From Ginkgo biloba (Eukaryota; Plantae; Ginkgophyta): a stretch of 30,617 nt of DNA. The DNA lies in assembly GCA_024626585.2 (NCBI GenBank), contig JANKJI020000004.1:165371740-165402356 (forward strand). The letters run 5' to 3'. The position numbers were made by a program, and so were the translations under genes. The notes beneath the pieces are model-generated. The model searched no databases, was not told where the DNA came from, and was given only the letters and a program-made list of their open reading frames with translations. Below are positions 14,351 to 24,499 of this stretch, one piece after another; the stretch's first letter is position 1; the number at the start of each line of letters is the position of its first letter.

Positions 14351-15347
14351 TTTATCTAAACCCCACTTTGGAGATACAAAATAAGCTTTAGAAAAATACC
14401 CCTTAACCCTATTCTATATAAGTGTATGTAATTTTAAACTATATAAATAAAACATACCCTTTATATCAATCATGTGGTTTATACAATAACCTCTAATGAC
14501 ACCCCTAGGGACCGATGCTCCTCTTTAGGTTCTTGTAGATTCTAAGGAGATATTGATGAAGATTTCCTTAGGTTCTTATGGATGCTAAGGGAAAATAATA
14601 TCTATAATATATCTCTAGATAATAAATCTATAAAATATATTTTGAAAGTGATGTCAAATATAGATGAAACTATAAATCTAAAATCCTTACAAACTTTAGG
14701 TTTTGATGGCTCTATTTTTTCTAAAAATAGACATCTGATGTGAAAGTTATGTGCTTTAGAAAATGAATTGTAATGTAAAAATGTCATACTAAAAAAATAG
14801 AAATATTTTCATTTTTATAAATCATTTATACGAGTGTATCTAGTGATTTAGAGCTTATGTGGAGCATATAAGATGATAGTCCAACCATTTGATTCGATCA
14901 ACTTGGCCTTTGGGATCCAAGTAGGCATNNNNNNNNNNNNNNNNNNNNNNNNNNNNNNNNNNNNNNNNNNNNNNNNNNNNNNNNNNNNNNNNNNNNNNNN
15001 NNNNNNNNNNNNNNNNNNNNNNNNNNNNATAATGATTTTGCAATTCAGTAATATCCTTTCAGTTTCTGAATGATTTTCTGCTGGCATTATTTTGTTTATG
15101 TTGATTGAAATGGGTTTGGTCTAATGGCCAGCAGGTTGCATTTGTTTATTGTTGGTAACTAGTTCAACACACATGGAATCATCACATGCATGTAAAAATA
15201 TAGGTCTCATGTCAATTTTAAATTATACCTGGGTATGATGAATTGAGATCAAGGAATCTTAGCTTACCATGATATCCTTAATTCTACTGTTAAATACTTT
15301 GTCGAAATGGCTTGTTTCTAATTTTCTTATATGAGCTGGTTTTGAAG

Positions 15348-15443
15348 GTCCAAACATATGCTGTCAGAAAGGCACATGAGAACATTGAAAAGACCCTCGA
15401 AGTGGCTGAGACAATTTTAATGCATTATGACATCTCTCATCAG
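15348..15443 (+). CDS. EXO70A: Exocyst subunit EXO70A-like, internal exon (equivalent to exon 2 of EXO70A1)
   Basis: AG|...|GT boundaries (tttgaag|GTC ... CAG|gttaga), 96 bp, phase 0/0. Translates to VQTYAVRKAHENIEKTLEVAETILMHYDISHQ, matching the EXO70A1 segment I recall as IRTHAIRKAHENIDRTLKAAEVILSQFDLLRQ. Too short for the ORF track. Confidence 0.93.
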
Positions 15444-16022
15444 GTTAGAATCATCCTCTTACTCTCTTAAATACAAAATTATTGTTCTTTCAGGAACATT
15501 GAATTCCCTTAGAGCTACCATTCAATTGTAGGCATTTGCATTTGCATTTTATGCTTGTATTGGATATGCACGCAACATTTTCTCTGAAAACGCCACTACG
15601 ATTACCATTTACCATATTATGGTTGTTTGGTGTTTGTGAGTTCAAGAATATCTTATCTAAAGAAACAAGGGTCTCTTCATTTTGGAGAAATAAACTCTAA
15701 GAAACTATATCCTTCCCTGGTCTAAGGATGACATTGTAGAACATGAACTGTGAATTAGAACTAGCGCATTTTAAGGAGTAGAAATAAGGGTTGTTTGCTT
15801 CTAGTTTTAGCTATGTGTTGCCATTCAACCTGTTACATATCTACTGGTCGGTCCTTGTGGCTTCAGTGGTAAATACTGATATTGTGTTTTCCACTATAAT
15901 GTGTGCTTTTCTCGCTATTGGGTAATGAAGGCCTTTATAAATGGCTTCTTATATGTAACTACTAAGGGGTGTTATAATTACCCTCAAGTCCACTGACAGA
16001 TTTCAGATCTTTAAACCTGCAG

Positions 16023-16228
16023 GTAGAAGCCAAGATACTGGAGGGACCTCATTATGATTTGAGTGGATTTCTTATTGCAGTTGACGAGCTACAAAAAGCA
16101 CTTCATTTCTTTGGTCATTATGGAAAGTCTAAGAGCAGAGAGGACACCATACATGATACTCAGGAACTACTTTCCAAAGCGATGTATAAGCTCGAGGAAG
16201 AGTTTAAGAAGTTATTGGCAGCACACAG
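16023..16228 (+). CDS. EXO70A: Exocyst subunit EXO70A-like, next internal exon (equivalent to exon 3)
   Basis: cctgcag|GTA ... CACAG|gtatt, 206 bp, in frame with the previous exon across a 579-bp GT-AG intron (15444-16022). Translates to VEAKILEGPHYDLSGFLIAVDELQKALHFFGHYGKSKSREDTIHDTQELLSKAMYKLEEEFKKLLAAH, with the EXO70 hallmarks GPxxDL..L.A+..L and A..KLEEEF+.LL. Confidence 0.95.
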
Positions 16229-16557
16229 GTATTGCTTGTTTACAGGGTCCGATAATTTGTTGTTTGTCATGTTCTTGAAGATCAAATTTTTTCATGTCTT
16301 ATCAATAAAGTTTTCTAGGTTCAGAATTCTGGTCACAACATTTCTTCTTCCACAAAGTTGATCTACTCAAAACTGAAGTTTTTTCCAAGTCTATTCAGTC
16401 CATCATGTGATTACAAACTGAAGGAACCATGGTAAGCTGAGTTCTGGTCCCCAATACCTGTCTTTATACATCTTTCCCTTGAGATATATGGGAATCTATG
16501 AAGCAATGGATATATGAGTGGCATGTTCTGAACTTAGTTAGTACCTGAGAGATCAAA

Positions 16558-19389
16558 TGTCTCAAACCTTCTACTTTACTGTTAATTAACGGGAATTTTT
16601 TACCCCAGTAATATCTATCAGTGCATCCCAATTCAGACTTTGAATAGCAGATCCAAAAAAAAAAAACTGTGGAAGTTGAATATGTAATTAAAACAGAGCA
16701 GTAAAAATAACGTTCAGGACAGTTTGGAACATATCTGAAATTGATCGGAACATACATGTACAAAGCTGTGTCGCAGATATTACTTATCACAAATTGCCCT
16801 TTAGAATGGTAACTTTTCTGGTAGAACAATGACTTGCAGTAATCTGTCCCAGTTTGGTTGTGGAAAGATAACTATGGCTTTGGTATGAAATAACCCACTC
16901 CAGAATGTGCTAACATGTGTCGACTGACAAAAGAAGAGTGAATAACTATAGTTACCCAAAATTCAAAATATCAACTTAGGAGAATAAGTGTCTAGATTCA
17001 CTTCCTTAGGATGCAGATACAATGACTGTTAATCCATAAAGAATGACAAAGAGAGAGTAGGCATCTAATCAAAACATTAAAACTGATATGGTGGTGCCTT
17101 CACACAGCAACTGAGTGATTTCTGGAAATGTGTAGGTGTGCATGACCAATTGTAGCCTGTGGTCTGAGATGACCAATGCAGAACCTAAATTCTCTACAGA
17201 CTCCAGTTGAGATCCTTAGGTCCTGTGGTCAATTTTCATGATCTTCTTGAATTGCTGTGTTTGAACTGATTGAGAGAGTGTCTCCACAGCCACTGAATGA
17301 CTCCTATAGACAATAAATGAGCTCTGATGAGTGATGCACAGCCTTGCTCCTACTCATTCGACTAGACTGGAAATGTTAAGTTCCAACTTAACCGATCATC
17401 ACTGTTCAGCATCTTCACTTAGTAGGAAATATTATTTTTGCAAGCCAACACCTTTCAGGAATAAGGACTGCATCAGATCTTTCATCACACGGAGTGCTGT
17501 GGCCAAGAAACACACTCTGGGACAGTCGACTAGGGAGCTGGCGAGTGTTTACTGTTGATTCGTCAATGAATAAACTAGTGACTGTAGTAGAGGTGCATTG
17601 GCTGGAGGCGCTTCAATGCTTCACGATTTGGCTAATAACGTCCCAGCCGTTAGGTGCTAGTATCCAGTATTTGCCTGATGTCGAAGAACTAACGTCTGCT
17701 GTTACACCCAAGATGCAAACGTGGGAATTTGATCCCAAGGGCTAGTATTAGCCAATTCCACAGAGTGGCCCACGTGTGTTTGAAACCTTCTGGCAGTGTC
17801 AATCTTCCACATAAATCAATCTCCGATGCATTTAATTATATGCTGCGCCATTCAATACTGGAAAACCTGTGTGACTAGATGAGGATCAATGGAATAGCTA
17901 GGTGCTGTAAGTAGCCTTTAGGAGCAATGTAATGTGGTTCTGAAACTGGGGTGCTCCTGTAAAGGCCCCAGGTGATATCAATATTGACTGGTCAGATGTG
18001 GTCTGGCTAAATCCAAGGCTACACTGGGAATCTACTCTGCATGAAGATGCTATAAATACTAACCACTATTGGTAGAGAAACAGGACAAGGTTGATCCTGG
18101 TAATTCAGGTAAGCTGCTAAATGATGTGTGGTTAACACTGTAATTTGGAGGCAGGAGAGGGTCAATTATCATAATCCTTAGAGGCGTTTAAGCTCCATGT
18201 AAATCCATAGGTGGATTACTCCCAGGCACTGTTTAGTATGTCTGCATATTCCATAATACTCCTCCAGTGTGACTTGGTTACCCCCTATATCTCCTTAACT
18301 CCATGCTTTTCTAGCCTACTGGTTTCTAGAATTTCTAGATTTGGAAGAAAATTCACTTTCTATGCTTTTGGCCAGAGTTGGCAAAAGTGCTTTATTCCCA
18401 ACTAAGTTTTAAAGCTTGAAGTGACTAATTGTGAACTTCAGGACGGAGTGGCATCCTTGTTGGCCTTCCAAGATTCCAATTCTCCCTTTGAAGTAGTCCC
18501 ATTCCTACTTTGAGGGAAAACACCTNNNNNNNNNNNNNNNNNNNNNNNNNNNNNNNNNNNNNNNNNNNNNNNNNNNNNNNNNNNNNNNNNNNNNNNNNNN
18601 NNNNNNNNNNNNNNNNNNNNNNNNNTCTGTACATCATGCACAGCACCCCGACCTGAGTACTAATATCACCGAATAATAAGTTGATTGTACTGCAAATGTG
18701 ACCCCATGTTCAGGCCACAGAAAATACATCTGACGGCTATCATAAAGAACATGGAAATGAAGACTAGAACTGTAATAGTGTTGTTGGAGACAACAAAAAT
18801 GGTGAAGGTAGATTATTGTATGAAGTGCTGGAGTTGGACCAATTTCCTCTTGAACAGAATGATTTATCTTTGAAACCCGTCCTGGATCCAACTGAGCAAC
18901 CAAACTGAAAAATATGCCATTCTAGAAGTACACCACCTAGATGAGACTGACTCTGTACTATAAGAATGTAGTCCTTAGAGGGGACCGGGCTTCTTTGANN
19001 NNNNNNNNNNNNNNNNNNNNNNNNNNNNNNNNNNNNNNNNNNNNNNNNNNNNNNNNNNNNNNNNNNNNNNNNNNNNNNNNNNNNNNNNNNNNNNNNNNNN
19101 NNNNNNNNNNNNNNNNNNNNNNNNNNNNNNNNNNAACTGTTAAGACTTCAGGATGGGGTGGTGCCTTTGCTGGCCTCTCAAGATTCTAATTCATGCATGC
19201 TGTAAAACAGCCGCCATTTCTAGTTTGAGGAAAAACCGCCTGTTGGAATATTCCCTAACAGCTGTCCTTATTCAAATTTGAATTTTGCTGTGTGGTTTTT
19301 TGACTAATGCTACTAACAAGAAGAATTCCCTACTCACATCCTTACTCTCCTACTTAATTCAAAATTTTACTATAAAGGGTTACGTAACA
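16558..19389 (-). repeat. 3' LTR (~2.8 kb including two gaps)
   Basis: On + it begins TGTCTCAAACC and ends GGTTACGTAACA directly beside the PPT. The termini form an imperfect inverted repeat (TGT(T/C)TCAAACC vs TGTTACGTAACC). Only the first ~415 bp can be checked against the other LTR. Confidence 0.65.
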
Positions 19390-19403
19390 TTGCCTCCCCC
19401 CTT
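19390..19403 (-). other. Polypurine tract
   Basis: Minus strand AAGGGGGGAGGCAA followed immediately by TGTTAC (LTR start) and preceded by TTTGAGGACAAAGCAATCTT. Confidence 0.85.
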
Positions 19404-21772
19404 AAGATTGCTTTGTCCTCAAAGCATTGAATGTTGTGCATCTTAAAACCATCAATCTGACAGTAAAATGGTAATGGTGTACACATCCAAAGATTCCGAG
19501 TAGCAGCGTTAACATGATCCTCCACTTTAACAGAAGAATCCACACCGATCTTCCTGTTTGACAACTGATTGCACACTTGCCACAATGCTACTTTCATCTA
19601 TCACTCATACCTCTACCTCTACCTGTGCTCTTCCACTGCCATGGTGTAAACTCGTTCTAGCCCTTTTGACATTCTTGTCATCACTTTCATCATCATCCTC
19701 ACCTTCCTCTAAATTTATTCCATTCCCGTGCCTTGTTTTTCCTTGGCTCTCTATTGCCAGAGCACCGTTATGTATGCAGGCCATTGTTTCACTATCATTC
19801 AATTCAGAGATGGTTGGCACAGAAACTTCATGGACACCGCTAATATCGGCCCTAGGAATATAATTTCTCTTGTGACCAAAAGGNNNNNNNNNNNNNNNNN
19901 NNNNNNNNNNNNNNNNNNNNNNNNNNNNNNNNNNNNNNNNNNNNNNNNNNNNNNNNNNNNNNNNNNNNNNNNNNNNNNNNNNNTTTGAAGAAGATATTCT
20001 TGGGGGTCGATATTCTTCTAGTAGTAGCTCCACAGATTGCCTAATAACCCTTGTTACTACATCTTCCATAAAGGGTCACATTTTGCTCAACTACCTATTA
20101 AGCAATTTTACTTACAAGAAATGATATCCACTCTGGTTAGTCGTCAACACCAATCTTCTTCGAGTCATCTCCCTTTAAGCTTTCAAGAAGTGTAATAAGG
20201 ATTACCAAAGAGAATTCTTCACATAATGCTACAAGGTTTGAAATGTCGGACTTTACACTCCCAAGAAGGGGTATTAGATTTTCAATTGTTCCTTTGTTTG
20301 CAACTGCAAGGAGTATACCTATGTGTCTCTTATGCATGGCTTGTGAATCTAAACACTTAATAGTAGAGAGTCTTGGAGAGTAATTCACAAGAGTCCAACT
20401 CTTACTCATAGTTGTTCGAATCGTAGTCTTGTTGTTGAGGTTCCAATGGCCATTTATTTTTGTATCAACATCCCCTTTACCGTCAATGATTCTAGCACTC
20501 TCTAGCATAAGCTTAGCTTGAAATTGCTCTAGTATGACTAAACCTTGATCCTCTTACTAGAGAATGGAACTGTACCTGAAAAAATACTTGAGTGTCTGAA
20601 GGCACAACAAAGCTCCTCTTGAGCCATAATGGCTAGTGACTCTAAGAAGTCCTCCAAAGATTACACAACCCTAATCATCTATCATCTGAGAAAAACCCAC
20701 TATTAAAACACATGGGTTGTCATAATTGACACCACTTAAGTCAATAGCCATAGTGCCCACTACTAATATACTTTGACCATCACAATTAACACCTTTAGGA
20801 TTATCAATCCTCAAGGCTTTAGGAAAACAAAGAGACCCTTCCTCTTTAGAATCTGATTGCAATGCCGCTACATCTCATGTATGTTTGCCTAACATCGATG
20901 GACATGAATTACCATTTACTGACACTGGAGTTGCTAGACTCAAAGGCATGCCCGATGCAGGACCCCAACTGGCTTGTCCCCACATTGGACCCGAAGGAAA
21001 AGGCCAAGGAAAAACAAGGCATAGGCCTGCCCCTGGTTGAAACCAGGACATCACAGCATTAGTCTGAACTGCCTCGGGGATCAACGCACTTCCTCCCATG
21101 CCATTCATTTAGGGTGCATTGCCATGAAAACTAACATAATACAGAGGTCAAATTGGAGATAGGAATCATTTGCCCCACTCCCAACATTAATCTTGACATT
21201 TCATAACTAGCCCCTTGGCCTCCTTGACAGACGTTGGATCCATAATAATCCTTTACCCTCAATTTAAGGAATACAGAATTTCTTACTGATGAAGCACAAA
21301 TAGAATCATCCAAAGTCTAAAACTCGTCTGTTTTCCTTCTTTCTCATAACTGTACCACTCCAAGAAACAACCAAGTTTCCAAAAGTTCTCTCCTTCACTT
21401 CTCTTCTTGTCCTTTAACCGGGAGCTCCAAGTCTCATTGGCTAAGCTCACTGGTCTCTTCTCACTTCCATCCCTAGGATTTCAATTGAAGTATTGTTTGA
21501 GTTTATGGATTCTAGTCATAATGTCTATTCCATCTCTCTCAAAATCTTGAAGCCCCTCGTTTCTCTTTGCCTACACCTCTGAGGAGGTGCATAAATTTCT
21601 TTCAAAGGAGGATTCCTATCCCTCTGCTGCTTCACATTCATTTGATGAAATAACTCTGATATTTCACATAAGGATTTTCCTACACCTTTCATACTGACCC
21701 GATTGCTTTCTGACATGTTTGCTGACCAAGTACTTAGATAACCTCACCCAAGACTCGTAGTAGCAGGGGTGA

Positions 21773-21786
21773 TGGCTCTGATACCA
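21773..21786 (-). other. Primer binding site, initiator tRNA-Met
   Basis: Minus strand reads TGGTATCAGAGCCA, 1 nt from the LTR's terminal CA. This is the canonical plant iMet PBS. Confidence 0.93.
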
Positions 21787-21787
21787 C

Positions 21788-22201
21788 TGTTTCAAACCTC
21801 CAAGTTTTACTGTTAATCAACCAGAATTTTTGACCTCACTAATATCTAACAATACATCCCAATTCAGACTTTGAATAACAGATAAAAGAGAATCTATGGA
21901 AATTGAATATGTAATTAAAACACAGTAGTAAAAATAACGGTCAGGACAGTTTAGAACATATTTGAAACTGATTGGAACAAGTATACAAAGCTGTACTATC
22001 GATATAACTTAGCACAAATCATCCTTTAGAATGCTAACTTTTCAGATAAAATGACGGCTTGCAATAATCCGACCCCATTCAGTTATGGAAAGATAACTAT
22101 GGCTGTGGTATGAATTAACCTACTATAGAATGTGCCAACATTTCCCATGACTGACAAAAGAAGAGTGTAATAACTACAGTTACTGCAGAGTCAAAATATC
22201 G
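21788..22201 (-). repeat. 5' LTR, U5 end only (truncated by assembly gap)
   Basis: tgtttcaaacctccaagttttactgttaat... is colinear with 16558 onward up to the N-run at 22202. Confidence 0.88.
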
Positions 22202-22399
22202 NNNNNNNNNNNNNNNNNNNNNNNNNNNNNNNNNNNNNNNNNNNNNNNNNNNNNNNNNNNNNNNNNNNNNNNNNNNNNNNNNNNNNNNNNNNNNNNNNNN
22301 NTTTTGTCTCTTGAGGGTCCCATCATCTAGGTCAGCCAGAGGCTTAAGGATTAACATGCAATTTTCAAAATTAATCTCATTCTTAGAGTTATTCTTTGA

Positions 22400-23635
22400 A
22401 GATAAAGGTTGCTAGCATGTAGAAAGCTTATTTAAAGCGCTTATCTTCACCAGTTGCCCTATTAGAAGGCTTTTCAAGCCCTTTGATTGTCTTTGAATTG
22501 GCCTTTGACCAAATTTGACCAAACTTTGACCAAGGTTGATTGGGCTGTAATCCCATTTGTCCCCAACTCACAGAGAGATCACTGTACACTTAACTTTTCC
22601 ACATTTTATAAAGCATTGTGGTCCTTATGATATGCCACAAGGGACAGATTGTGCTAAGATGGCGGTGTCACCATTGGAATCAATTTCCTATCTAGGCAAC
22701 TTCAATAAATCAAGTACCAAAAGTCTTGCATCATTGTTTTAGGTAGGCCTTTCCTGGGGCATTTCTTATGAGCTTTGGCTAATTATCATTTTGTTGATAG
22801 ACCCTGATGGAGGAAAAATCCCAAGAGCATTTGGAATCTATTTGAAGTCTTGATAAACCACAACATTTTGAATCTAACTTTCCATCTTGCTTTGGAATTA
22901 GTTTCTTATTTTCTCAACCTTTACCAAGAGAGCAAACTGCAAATAGGGGTTGTACAAGTTCGATTAGAAAAGGAGCACATAGCCTACCTTATTGCAATTT
23001 CTTTTCATCCTTGCTTGTGGCCTAGTTATTGAAATCTTAAACATGTGGTCATCTTGAAGTCTTAGATTTATAGGTTTTGAAAAATTTGTTCCATTTTGTC
23101 ATGCCAATTGAATGGTGTGTTGTTCTTTAGTAAGTTCTTTAAATGGGGGGATATTTTGGCAAAATTTTTGATAAATTTGTAATAGAAGTTATTAACCCTA
23201 GGAAGGCACGGATATCATGCACTATTTTTGGTTTTGCCCATTGTAAGATGACTTTAATTTTTTGAGATCTATGGTGATATCATCGGTTAATATGATGAGT
23301 TCGAGATATGATAATTTAGTTTTGAAGAACTTGAGTTCTTTGGATGGATGTAGGGGTGATTTTCTTATAGTATTTAGAAGATAGTTTTTAAGTGGGTTTT
23401 ATGTTCTTTGGGAGGTTGCGAAAAGATTAAGATATTGTCAAGGTGGATAATTTCTAATTTATTGAGGTAAGGACGAATTAAGTCACTCATTAGGATCATG
23501 AATGTTGCAGGTGCATTGGTGAGGCCAAACAACATTACTAGGTATTTGTGATGATTGTAATTTGTGTTGAGTGTTGTCTTATATACATCCCCAAATTTTA
23601 TTTTGATTTGTTGATGATCCGTATCTCAATGGACA
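22400..23635 (-). mobile_element. Degenerate Ty3/Gypsy reverse transcriptase (and probable RNase H) fragment
   Basis: Minus strand ~23620-23400: HQQIKIKFGDVYKTTLNTNYNHHKYLVMLFGLTNAPATFMILMSDLIRPYLNKLEIIHLDNILIFS (MPFGLTNAPATF and decayed YLDDILI). DIRAFLGL lies near 23200. The left boundary is approximate. Confidence 0.85.
22504..22533 (+). repeat. Short tandem repeat TTTGACCAA x3
   Basis: tttgaccaa-a-tttgaccaa-ac-tttgaccaa. Confidence 0.85.
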
Positions 23636-24499
23636 TTGTCCAATGTGATTAACTTTTGATTCTTTTATTAACAAACTACTATGTCTACCAATGTGTGCAG
23701 TCCTATCAACTTGAATTTAAACTTCAAGAACAACAGAGATTGNNNNNNNNNNNNNNNNNNNNNNNNNNNNNNNNNNNNNNNNNNNNNNNNNNNNNNNNNN
23801 NNNNNNNNNNNNNNNNNNNNNNNNNNNNNNNNNNNNNNNNNNTACAACTACCCAACCTTGCAACCATGTTAACATACACTTTCTTCAATGCAATAATGTT
23901 GGGTCTAAGACAAATATATTTTATAGGTAAGAATCAAATTCCACTCTTCTCCTAAAGAGTTTATTCAAAAGCATCAGTGCATTATGTTTTTTTCACCAAG
24001 ATGGTCCTATAGAAATTTCATGGGATATATTTATAGTTTTTTTATTCATAATGACACATAAGCACACCAATGGCTAATGAAAATCATATCATTAAGAATA
24101 TATAAACATAAGTTGTCTATAAGAATAAAATTCCAATATATTGATTAAAATTAACACTTAGATATATCATGCCTAACAATCTTAAGAAGGGATTACGAAG
24201 AACAACATCCCCAATACTTGTACCAATGCATAATTCCCTCTCATAATAATCCCTACTACATATATATGAGTTAGGAGGAAGGTAGTAGTTATAAGCTACC
24301 AACTAATCTTTTCTTAATTACTTAATACCAATAGCACAACATATAATTAAGTAATAATCATTTATAAATTGACTATAACTTGAATAAAAGCCTCAAGACT
24401 ATAGAACATTCAATGGATAGTAGTGATATGGCTTTGATTCTCCTCACTAGCATATTTCCCATGAGTAGGGGGAACCTCCTATATTTATCCTCTCTAGCC

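Larger units (their letters stand above)
16558..22201 (-). mobile_element. Ty3/Gypsy (chromovirus-like) LTR retrotransposon, degenerate; right end lost in gap
   Basis: Direct repeat 16558-~16972 vs 21788-22201, roughly 80% identical by eye, both starting with TG. iMet PBS next to the right copy and PPT at 19390-19403. The internal region has weak gag/protease-like and chromodomain-like remnants and ends in FEDKAIL-GGG, a typical chromovirus terminus. Confidence 0.85.

Noticed and set aside
14524-14593. Two ~26-bp similar units (ttaggttcttg/atg...ctaagg)
   Set aside because: Only two degenerate copies, consistent with a local duplication in TE debris and not CRISPR-like.
14873-14928. 'PFDS' peptide as candidate EXO70A exon 1
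   Set aside because: Lacks the following RLS.LE.AMRPTQ motif, so it is treated as a chance match.
16229-16361. C-terminal extension of ORF 16059-16361 (RYCLFTGSDN...)
   Set aside because: EXO70 similarity stops at the GT donor at 16229, so this is intron read-through.
22302-23635. Gypsy RT as the missing pol of the 16558-22201 element
   Set aside because: It lies upstream of that element's PBS and 5' LTR on the minus strand and is more decayed, so it is treated as a separate element unless contigs are misordered.
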